A DNA stretch of 64,000 nt from a virus (Duplodnaviria; Caudoviricetes). Where the stretch lies: the IMG/VR virus record IMGVR_UViG_3300042367_000058, positions 2,203 to 66,202 of that record; one strand, written 5' to 3'. Positions 48,057-55,872 of this stretch are shown here, piece after piece. Position 1 is the stretch's first letter; every line of letters begins with the position of its first letter. Below the pieces are notes generated by a model that did not search any database, was not told the origin of the DNA, and worked only from the letters and a program-made list of their open reading frames with translations. The position numbers and the translations under genes were made by a program.

Positions 48057-48301
48057 GTCCGCAACTCCTTCTGGTTAGTCTGCTTCAAGGTTATGGGTGC
48101 TTGAGTACGTGTAACAAGCTGATATGGGCCTTTGCCGTACTCTTGAACAATGCACCAGCCCATGCGCTCGGTCTGGGCGCTGTGCTCACGGTCACGCTCG
48201 CAGAAGATACAAAAGGCTTGGTAGCGTGAAGTTGGTACGTCATCGCCGCAGTCAATACATTCTTTCCATTCCAATGACAAACTTGTTTGGCTTTCTAACA
48301 T
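48053..48301 (-). CDS. DksA/TraR-like C4 Zn-finger protein
   Basis: CIDCGDDVP..R....CIFC. Confidence 0.55.
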   Translation of the reverse strand: MLESQTSLSLEWKECIDCGDDVPTSRYQAFCIFCERDREHSAQTERMGWCIVQEYGKGPYQLVTRTQAPITLKQTNQKELRT

Positions 48302-48304
48302 TTG

Positions 48305-48463
48305 TTAGTCTCCTTTGTAGTTCAGGGCTTCGGTGATGATGTGACCGAAATACAAGCCGCCGATGATGAGGCTGGTTTTGTGCAGGATGCCTTCGCCACT
48401 CCAACCGAACAGGGTGAAAGCAATGGCAAGCGCAGTGCCGATGATGTAAAGAAATGGTGTCAT
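48305..48463 (-). CDS. 52-aa membrane protein (not in ORF track)
   Basis: MTPFLYIIGTALAIAFTLFGW...; stop in palindrome at 48295. Confidence 0.6.
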   Translation of the reverse strand: MTPFLYIIGTALAIAFTLFGWSGEGILHKTSLIIGGLYFGHIITEALNYKGD

Positions 48464-48556
48464 GAAGTACCTTTCGTTTTGTTACGTTACAAATCTAACA
48501 GTTGTTAGATTCGGGTTTTTTGGTTGTTACGTTTCGTTTTGTCCCAACCAGCTTAT

Positions 48557-48585
48557 ATTATAACACATTGTTATGGGAATGTCAA
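48557..48585 (-). promoter_or_regulatory. Perfect-consensus sigma70 early promoter with embedded palindrome
   Basis: TTGACA-17-TATAAT; shares ccagcttatattataacacattgtta with the 45.5 kb promoter. Confidence 0.9.
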
Positions 48586-48973
48586 GTTTATCGGGCAAGG
48601 TTTGGCGCAAGTGTTGTTATGGAATTTGAGTTGGGTGATGTTATAGAAAAGGGGCAAATGTTCAGTTTTTGAGGGTGGTTCGTAACAATAGGAAAAATAT
48701 AACAATTCAACAACGACGGGGCTTGGCGGGGAAAAAAGGGTGTAATGTTATAATGTTATAATGTTATGAGTATATATATATGGGTCGCCAAAATGGTTTT
48801 GCACAAAGTCTGCGCTTTGTTATGCACTTGCTGAGCGGCTCGAACTTGGTGGACTTCCATACTGCTCGCATAACATTATAACATATAACAAAGCTTATGA
48901 ATCAAGGACTTACGAAAAGCGTAACGTAACAAAGCGTAACAAAACGCCGCTTTTCATAACAAATGTTAGGTTG

Positions 48974-49091
48974 GTCGCTACGCCCGCCCGAAGAACTGGT
49001 ATAGCTGAAACTTCGCCCGCTTTGTTCTGTTACGTTTTCCCTCGTATGCGCAAGTGGCTACGCCCACCCGAAGAACTGGTATAGCTGAAAC
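48974..49091 (+). repeat. Two 38-bp direct repeats, 80-bp period
   Basis: GT(C/G)GCTACGCCC(G/A)CCCGAAGAACTGGTATAGCTGAAAC at 48974 and 49054. Confidence 0.85.
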
Positions 49092-49166
49092 CTTCGGGGA
49101 AACAAAAATGTAACAAAGCCCAAACGTAACAAAACCCAATCTAACAATGTTAGATTGGGCAGACGC

Positions 49167-49190
49167 AAAAAAGCCCGCATAAAGCGGGCT
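49167..49190 (-). terminator. Intrinsic terminator
   Basis: agcccgc-ataaa-gcgggct with U-tract on the - strand. Confidence 0.75.
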
Positions 49191-49209
49191 GTGGTTAAGA
49201 GGATAAGGG

Positions 49210-49416
49210 TTAAGCGTGTCGGGCATCCAATTCAGTTTGAACCATATGCCATGCGAGATTAGTCGCCATCGCCGCCGCCTGCCATGCAATGCGGACTTCT
49301 TCGGGTGAACCGATACCATTCAAGATGTCGGTCAATTCATCGGGGGTTTGTGGCGTGTGAAACAATTTAATTTGGGTCAAAGGGTTTTGCATTTCATTCT
49401 CCAAAAAATCTAACAA
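49210..49416 (-). CDS. Hypothetical early protein
   Basis: ORF with SD GGAG before MQNP; start uncertain. Confidence 0.65.
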   Translation of the reverse strand: MLDFLENEMQNPLTQIKLFHTPQTPDELTDILNGIGSPEEVRIAWQAAAMATNLAWHMVQTELDARHA

Positions 49417-49456
49417 TTTGTTAGAAACCTAGGGTTTCCCCTAGGTTTCCGCTCAA

Positions 49457-50002
49457 TTAGACCGCTTCAGTCTTAAGGTCTGAAACTGTCCCGCCGAGTG
49501 TGGCGTATGCTTCGCACATCAATTCGTAGATTTCAATCATGCGCTCGCTCGCTTCGGTCTTATCATCACGGCCATTGTTTATGCGGTTGATAATAGTCCC
49601 AATCTCTGAGCGGGTTTTGGCCATCGGGTCTGCCGCTTCGCCTTGAACCGAACCGCCTTTTTTGGGTCTGCCGCTTGCATTCTTTACCCGTGACCAGTAT
49701 TCATACTCTACGCCTTCGGCGTAACCTGCGGCCATCAAATCATCCTTGAAACCCTTGAATTCTTCCCGAACCGCAGTGGCCGCTTTGCCTGTCAAAGCAT
49801 ACCAAGGTTTGATTACTGTCCCTTGCTCATCGGTGACGTTGAACGTTTTGCACATCCAAGCGGCGTAAACCCCCAAGGACTTACCTTCTACCTTGATGCC
49901 TGCAATGTATTCACGGCGTGCACCTACTAACTTGGACAGACTATCACCGACTGACTGAACCGGTGCGATTACTGCCACGGATTGTGTTGAAACTGTATTC
50001 AT
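49457..50002 (-). CDS. Hypothetical protein, first gene of early arm
   Basis: 181-aa ORF downstream of promoter. Confidence 0.75.
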   Translation of the reverse strand: MNTVSTQSVAVIAPVQSVGDSLSKLVGARREYIAGIKVEGKSLGVYAAWMCKTFNVTDEQGTVIKPWYALTGKAATAVREEFKGFKDDLMAAGYAEGVEYEYWSRVKNASGRPKKGGSVQGEAADPMAKTRSEIGTIINRINNGRDDKTEASERMIEIYELMCEAYATLGGTVSDLKTEAV

Positions 50003-50077
50003 GATTCTCTAACCTTCTAATGAATTCCCTAGTAACAGACTAGGTAACCGATGCAATCATCTTGTTTGCATGGTTAA

Positions 50078-50107
50078 ATTATACCTCAAATTGTGGTACA
50101 AAATCAA
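50078..50107 (-). promoter_or_regulatory. sigma70-like early promoter
   Basis: TTGATT-18-TATAAT. Confidence 0.6.
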
Positions 50108-50561
50108 GTTTCAAGGAAACAAAATTAAAAACGGGGCAGTGGCCTAACAATGTTAGATTCCGGTCAGGGTTTACCCCATACCCCCAAATCCACAGCAAAG
50201 GGAGGTGGGGACCCCATACACAGTGTGTTGCTCACCCGATACTCACCACCGTACTTTCTATAACGCCGTGGTACATTTACGGGGTTCTGTCGGTCAGTTT
50301 TTCTTAAGGCCATCTGGAGTACCCATTTGAAATACCCCCCTCCCCCCTTACTTTTTCTGGATTACGACCTAAACGAGCCTTTTCCAAAAACACCCCCCGT
50401 CACTTTTTATTTGCCCAACCCCCCACCCCTATTATTTTTTCTGTTACATTTGGCCCGTTGGTGAAAGCAAGGTACTTAGGCACGGTGAGAGAGCTTGCCC
50501 GATAGGTTGTACCAGCGCCCGGAGCCGCTTAGGGCCACCAACCCCCTCTTTACGGAGTGCC

Positions 50562-51230
50562 ATGATTCAACTTGAACCTACGACGGAACACCCTGTTCCA
50601 TTTGATCTGTCCGATGAGCAGCCAAAAACTCATGCGGATAGCATAGCCATCGCTGTGAATACCGTAGACCTGATCGAAGAACTCGGCCCCAGCATAGATT
50701 TCGACGACAACGACTTGCACAAAGTCGGTAACCTGATGACCGGTGCGCAAAAGCCAAACGCACCCCGCACTATCTCTAAGTCAGCAGAAGCAGCAGCGGC
50801 ACACCATTTGGTAAAACGCTTTGACTTTCAAGCGTTCTCAGATGTACTCCAAGCCCGCAATTTCATAACAAACAAGCTCATTGAGCTGGCTGACAACGGC
50901 GACCCGAAGATTGAACTGAAAGCTCTGGAGCTTTTGGGCAAGCACTCGGACATTGGCCTCTTTACCGAACGCAGCGAGATCACCGTCCACCATACAACTT
51001 CCACTGCCCTTGAGAGTTCAATCAAGGAACGGATCAAGCGGCTGTTGAATTCAGACGTAACAGATATAACCCCCTTGGACGATCTGGACGCCCAATTGGG
51101 GAAACCAAAAGCGCAAACTCCGGAAGATCATGTACAAGAAACGCCAGAAAATGAGCATGAGGCGGAAGATCATGTACAAGAAACGCCAGAAAATGAGCAT
51201 GAAGCCGAAGATGTGCATAGAAAAAGCTAA
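50562..51230 (+). CDS. Terminase small subunit candidate
   Basis: ELKALELLGK..IGLFTER.E; directly upstream of terL. Confidence 0.6.
   Translation: MIQLEPTTEHPVPFDLSDEQPKTHADSIAIAVNTVDLIEELGPSIDFDDNDLHKVGNLMTGAQKPNAPRTISKSAEAAAAHHLVKRFDFQAFSDVLQARNFITNKLIELADNGDPKIELKALELLGKHSDIGLFTERSEITVHHTTSTALESSIKERIKRLLNSDVTDITPLDDLDAQLGKPKAQTPEDHVQETPENEHEAEDHVQETPENEHEAEDVHRKS
51121..51218 (+). repeat. 42-bp in-frame tandem duplication (EDHVQETPENEHEA)
   Basis: Units at 51121 and 51163 plus a partial third. Confidence 0.9.
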
Positions 51231-51233
51231 AAA

Positions 51234-52757
51234 ATGAGTACGGACATCTCCCTGAAGGACATTGAGACGCTGATTGCCTCTGGCAAGCTGTCGGAGTCCG
51301 ACTTACGGGTACTAGAGACACAGCTAACCAAACTTGAGAAGCTCAAAGAACGTGAGCTGGTCCAAAAGAAGTTCATTAAGTTCGTAGAAAAGGTGTGGCC
51401 CACCTTCATTTCGGGCCGTCACCACAAAAGAATGGCCGAAGCGTTTGAGCGAGTGGCCAGAGGTGAGTGCAAACGGCTCATCATCAACATGCCGCCCCGC
51501 CATACGAAGTCAGAATTCGCGTCTTACCTGCTCCCGGCTTGGTTTTTGGGCCAATTTCCGGGCAAAAAAGTCATTCAAGCGTCCCACACCGCTGAATTGG
51601 CGGTGGGTTTTGGTCGAAAAGTGCGAAATTTGGTCGATTCCGAGGTCTATCACAACATTTTTCCCGATCTACACCTGCAAAGTGACTCAAAAGCGGCTGG
51701 CCGGTGGAACACATCCAAGGGCGGCGACTATTTTGCGATCGGTGTGGGCGGTGCGGTGACCGGTAAAGGCGCTGATGTGCTGATTATTGATGACCCGCAC
51801 TCGGAACAAGAGGCTGCGATGGCCGCAAGCAACCCCGATGTGTATGACAAGGTGTATGAGTGGTACACATCCGGGCCACGGCAACGTCTACAACCGGGCG
51901 GGGCGATTGTGATCGTGATGACACGCTGGGCACAGCGAGATTTGACTGGCCAAGTGCTGAAAGCAGCCGCTGCACGTAACGGTGAAGAGTGGGAAGTCAT
52001 TGAGTTCCCGGCGATCCTGCCTTCGGGTAATCCCCTATGGCCAGAGTTTTGGGCGTTTGACGAATTGGAAGCCCTGCGGGAGGAATTGCCCAACTCAAAA
52101 TGGCAAGCCCAGTACCAGCAGAACCCAGTGGGCAACGAGTCAGCTATTGTGAAGCGCGACTGGTGGAAGTGGTGGGAGGAGGACGACCCACCCCAGTGTG
52201 AGTACATCCTCCAGACATGGGACACGGCCTTTGAGAAAAACCAACGGGCTGACTATTCTGCGGGCACGACGTGGGGGGTGTTCACTTACCACAAGGACCA
52301 GACCAAGAACCTCATCTTGCTCAACACATATAAGAAGCGTGTCGAGTGGATTGAGTTGAAACGAGATGTGCTGGCTGAGTACAACATGTATGAACCAGAC
52401 GGGCTGCTGATTGAGAAGAAAGCGACGGGTGCGCCGCTGATCTATGAGTTGAGAGCAATGGGCATACCCGTGCAGGAGTACACCCCAAGTAAAGGTCAGG
52501 ACAAAATCGCCCGCTTGAACTCAGTCTCGGACATAATTGCGTCTGGAAAAGTATGGGTTCCAAAGACCCGTTGGGCTGAAGAGTTAGTGGACGAGATTGC
52601 TGCGTTCCCGTCAGGCGAGCACGATGACTTGGTTGACGCAACAACTCTGGCCCTCATGAGATTCCGGGCTGGGGGCTTCCTACGTTTGCCTATCGACGAG
52701 CCCGAAGAGATTCAATGGTTCAAAAGCCACCGCAGAGAGCGGTACTACACAGTGTAA
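51234..52757 (+). CDS. terL: Terminase large subunit
   Basis: MPPRHTKS, IIDDP, MTRW, YQQNP, WDTA, HDDLVD. Confidence 0.95.
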   Translation: MSTDISLKDIETLIASGKLSESDLRVLETQLTKLEKLKERELVQKKFIKFVEKVWPTFISGRHHKRMAEAFERVARGECKRLIINMPPRHTKSEFASYLLPAWFLGQFPGKKVIQASHTAELAVGFGRKVRNLVDSEVYHNIFPDLHLQSDSKAAGRWNTSKGGDYFAIGVGGAVTGKGADVLIIDDPHSEQEAAMAASNPDVYDKVYEWYTSGPRQRLQPGGAIVIVMTRWAQRDLTGQVLKAAAARNGEEWEVIEFPAILPSGNPLWPEFWAFDELEALREELPNSKWQAQYQQNPVGNESAIVKRDWWKWWEEDDPPQCEYILQTWDTAFEKNQRADYSAGTTWGVFTYHKDQTKNLILLNTYKKRVEWIELKRDVLAEYNMYEPDGLLIEKKATGAPLIYELRAMGIPVQEYTPSKGQDKIARLNSVSDIIASGKVWVPKTRWAEELVDEIAAFPSGEHDDLVDATTLALMRFRAGGFLRLPIDEPEEIQWFKSHRRERYYTV

Positions 52758-52766
52758 GGACACATC

Positions 52767-55268
52767 ATGGCAACAAGCGGAATTGACAAAGGTTTATATG
52801 CAGCCCCAATGGGTTTGGCTGACCTAGCCCCTGCACCGGACATCGAGATTGAGATTGAAAACCCCGACGAGGTCAATATTGGCATGGACGGCATCGAGAT
52901 TAACTTGAAGCCTGAGAAAGAAACCGCCGAGGAGTTCGATGCTAACTTGGCTGAGTTCATGGACGACAGTGAGTTGCAGTCACTGGGTATGGACTTAGTC
53001 GAGGACTTTGGTAAGGATACCCAAGACCGACGCGATTGGATTCAGACGTATGTAGACGGCCTGAAGTTGCTGGGCTTGAAGTACGAGGACCGGACTGAGC
53101 CTTGGCAGGGTGCGTGTGGCGTGTTCCACCCGATGCTCACCGAGAGCGTGGTCAGGTTCCAGTCAGAGGCGATGATGGAGACGTTCCCAGCAATGGGGCC
53201 AGTCAAGACCCAGATTGTTGGAGCCATCGACGTGCTGCGTGAAGAAGCCGCAGCTCGCGTGCGCGAGGACATGAACTACCAACTGACTGAAGTGATGGTC
53301 GAGTACCGCCCAGAGCACGAGAAGATGTTGTGGAACTTGCCCATCACGGGTTCAGCGTTCAAGAAGATTTACTTTGACCCAAGCAAGGGTCGCCAAGCAG
53401 CAGTGTTTATTCCAGCCGAGGACATTGTTGTCCCGTATGGCGCATCTAATCTGGAGTCTGCGGAGCGGGTCACGCATGTCATGCGTAAGACCGAGAACGA
53501 GATGACCAAGCTGATGGAGGCTGGGTTCTACATGGACGTAGAGCTGGGCGAGCCAAGCTATGAATTAGACGACGTCGAGAAGCAAAAGGCCGAGGAGATG
53601 GGCCTGAGCGCACTCCAAGATGATCGCTTCCGCGTGTTGGAGATGCACGTTGACTTGGACCTGAGTGGGTTCGAGCACACAGATAAAAAGGGTCGTCTGA
53701 CAGGTATCGCCCTGCCATACGTTGTGACAATCGAGAAAGGCACACGCAAGGTGCTGGCCATACGGAGGAATTGGTATGAGGGAGATAAGCTCCACACAAA
53801 ACGACAACACTTTGTTCACTACCAGTACATCCCCGGTTTTGGCTTCTATGGTTACGGCCTTATCCACCTTATCGGGGGGTACGCGAAGAGCGCGACGATG
53901 CTCATCCGTCAACTCGTGGATGCAGGAACACTTTCGAACTTACCCGGGGGTCTCAAATCTCGTGGTCTCCGCGTCAAAGGTGACGATACACCTATCCAGC
54001 CCGGAGAGTTCCGAGATGTAGACGTCCCAAGCGGCTCAATCCGGGACAACATCCTGCCCCTGCCGTACAAAGAACCATCACAAGTTCTGTTCGCGTTGTT
54101 CCAAAACATCGTGCAAGAGGGCCGTCAGTTTGCTTCAAGTGGTGACATGAACGTGTCCGACATGTCCAGCCAAGCCCCAGTGGGTACGACTTTGGCCCTG
54201 TTGGAGCGCACTCTCAAAGTGATGACTGCGGTGCAAGCGCGTCTGCACTACACCATGAAGCAGGAATTCAAACTGTTGAAGGTCATCATCGCCGACTACA
54301 CCCCCGAGGAGTATGAGTACGAGCCAGAAGAAGCTGGCCGCAAGGCGAAGAAAGCGGACTACGACTCTGTGGACGTGATCCCAGTGAGCGACCCCAACGC
54401 TGCAACGATGGCCCAGAAGATCGTGCAGTATCAGGCTGTTCTTCAGTTGTCTCAGCAAGCCCCTCAGTTGTATGACCTGCCCTTGTTGCACCGTCAGATG
54501 ATTGAAGTGCTGGGTATCAAGAATGCGTCCAAGCTCGTGCCCACCGAGGACGATGCGACGCCAACCGACCCAGTGCAGGAGAACCAAGACTTGCTGACTA
54601 TGAAGCCAGTCAAAGCGTTCATGGAGCAGAACCACGAGGCTCACATTCAAGCGCACATGGCGGCAATCCAGAATCCCAAGATTCAGCAGATGATGCAGAT
54701 GAATCCGATGGCGCAGCAGATCATGGCCGCAGCAATGGCTCACATCAACGAGCACATGGCGTTCGAGTATCGCAAGCAGATCGAGATGGCGCTGGGTATG
54801 CCACTGCCAACCAAGGACGAGGGCAAGAATATGTCCCCAGAGATGGCCGACCAAGTGGCCATGATGGTGGCGCAGGCGTCCGCCCAGATCACACAACGCG
54901 ATCAACAACAGGCTCAGCAACAGCAAGCCCAGCAGCAGATGCAGGACCCCATCGTCCAGATGCAGATGCAAGAACTCCAGATCAAGATGGAGGAGCTGAA
55001 GCTCAAGCAACAGAAGCAAACCATCGAAGCTGCTGCCAAGGCAGACCAGATTCGTGTCGAGGAATCTCGTATCGCGGCTCAAAAAGAGATTGCTGCAATG
55101 CAAGTCGCGGCTTCCGCAGCCGCTGCAAAAGACAAATTGAAACAATCGCAAGAGTCCGAGGGCGCTCGTCTGGGCGTGGACATTGCGAAACACCGGGCAC
55201 AAATGGCCGTGCAAAACGCGCAACGGGCAGCGCAACGAAATCAGCCCAGCAAGAAGGAGAATAAGTGA
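52767..55268 (+). CDS. Portal protein with Gln-rich C-terminal barrel
   Basis: Follows terL; GSAFKK, FYGYG; long Q-rich coiled coil. Confidence 0.85.
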   Translation: MATSGIDKGLYAAPMGLADLAPAPDIEIEIENPDEVNIGMDGIEINLKPEKETAEEFDANLAEFMDDSELQSLGMDLVEDFGKDTQDRRDWIQTYVDGLKLLGLKYEDRTEPWQGACGVFHPMLTESVVRFQSEAMMETFPAMGPVKTQIVGAIDVLREEAAARVREDMNYQLTEVMVEYRPEHEKMLWNLPITGSAFKKIYFDPSKGRQAAVFIPAEDIVVPYGASNLESAERVTHVMRKTENEMTKLMEAGFYMDVELGEPSYELDDVEKQKAEEMGLSALQDDRFRVLEMHVDLDLSGFEHTDKKGRLTGIALPYVVTIEKGTRKVLAIRRNWYEGDKLHTKRQHFVHYQYIPGFGFYGYGLIHLIGGYAKSATMLIRQLVDAGTLSNLPGGLKSRGLRVKGDDTPIQPGEFRDVDVPSGSIRDNILPLPYKEPSQVLFALFQNIVQEGRQFASSGDMNVSDMSSQAPVGTTLALLERTLKVMTAVQARLHYTMKQEFKLLKVIIADYTPEEYEYEPEEAGRKAKKADYDSVDVIPVSDPNAATMAQKIVQYQAVLQLSQQAPQLYDLPLLHRQMIEVLGIKNASKLVPTEDDATPTDPVQENQDLLTMKPVKAFMEQNHEAHIQAHMAAIQNPKIQQMMQMNPMAQQIMAAAMAHINEHMAFEYRKQIEMALGMPLPTKDEGKNMSPEMADQVAMMVAQASAQITQRDQQQAQQQQAQQQMQDPIVQMQMQELQIKMEELKLKQQKQTIEAAAKADQIRVEESRIAAQKEIAAMQVAASAAAAKDKLKQSQESEGARLGVDIAKHRAQMAVQNAQRAAQRNQPSKKENK

Positions 55269-55459
55269 ACGAACACAAACTACTGTCCGTAATCATCAAT
55301 GAAATCAATAAGTTAAAGCAGGAACGTGAAGCTTACGCTGCTGCTGGACGTTGCGACCACATTGAGGAATATCGGAGAGTCTGCGGAGTCATCCTAGGTC
55401 TGAACTACGCAGAAAACATCATCAACGAGCTAGTGCAAAGGAATCACAATGACGACTGA
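55265..55459 (+). CDS. Small conserved head-module protein
   Basis: EY..CG.I.GL motif. Confidence 0.7.
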   Translation: MNEHKLLSVIINEINKLKQEREAYAAAGRCDHIEEYRRVCGVILGLNYAENIINELVQRNHNDD

Positions 55460-55862
55460 GTTTGACGTTGCGGCAGTTGATCTGTCCGGTATTTTGAATA
55501 CCACGGCGGAGCAAAAAGCCAAGCAATTGCCTGACCCCAAGAGGTTTCATGTATTAACCGTTGTCCCCGAGGCAATGGAAGAGTATGCAGACAGCGATAT
55601 TGGGATTGTGAAATCCAGTCAGTCTATGCACTATGAAGAAGTGCTAACCCCAGTGCTGTTCGTGGTCAAGCTAGGCCCAGATGCCTACAAAGACACTACC
55701 CGGTTCCCTAGCGGGCCGAGCTGTAAGGAAGGTGACTTTGTCATCGTCCGCCCCAATTCAGGCACCCGCCTGAAGATTCATGGCCGAGAGTTCAGGATCA
55801 TCAATGATGATTCCGTCGAGGCTGTTGTTGAGGATCCGCGTGGAATTAGCCGCGCTGCATAA
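55449..55862 (+). CDS. groES: Co-chaperonin GroES-like protein
   Basis: VVKLGPDAY, CKEGDFV, FRIINDDSVEAVV. Confidence 0.85.
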   Translation: MTTEFDVAAVDLSGILNTTAEQKAKQLPDPKRFHVLTVVPEAMEEYADSDIGIVKSSQSMHYEEVLTPVLFVVKLGPDAYKDTTRFPSGPSCKEGDFVIVRPNSGTRLKIHGREFRIINDDSVEAVVEDPRGISRAA

Positions 55863-55872
55863 GGAGTAATAC

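Larger units (their letters stand above)
48470..49160. other. AT-rich non-coding control region, putative replication origin
   Basis: Dense TAACA/TGTTA and GTAAC/GTTAC units in both orientations, (TA)n tract at 48771-48781, IHF consensus at 48900-48912. Confidence 0.55.
38073..50156. repeat. Dispersed palindrome CTAACA-N1-3-TGTTAG, ~15 copies
   Basis: Copies start at 38073, 41147, 42903, 44130, 45446, 45737, 46871, 47396, 47725, 48295, 48495, 48957, 49141, 49410, 50144. Confidence 0.92.

Noticed and set aside
48974-49091. Bona fide CRISPR array feature
   Set aside because: Only two repeats and no cas operon; the Cas4-like gene at 35196 is an ordinary phage replication-module exonuclease.
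48978-49319. 113-aa ORF across the control region
   Set aside because: It overlaps a better gene, a terminator and repeats, and its composition is not protein-like.
38073-50156. Integron attC array: several palindromes match RYYYAAC...GTTRRRY (e.g. ATCTAAC-AGTT-GTTAGAT at 48493)
   Set aside because: The core boxes are only 3-5 bp apart with no L boxes, far shorter than real attC sites, and no tyrosine recombinase is visible.
50452-50540. Functional tRNA gene
   Set aside because: No TTCRA T-loop, only a 5-6 bp acceptor stem and no clear anticodon arm.
54135-55235. Long antisense ORFs (also 26635..27639 and 44276..45151)
   Set aside because: They are shadows of well-supported genes with biased codon usage, and have no SD or motifs.
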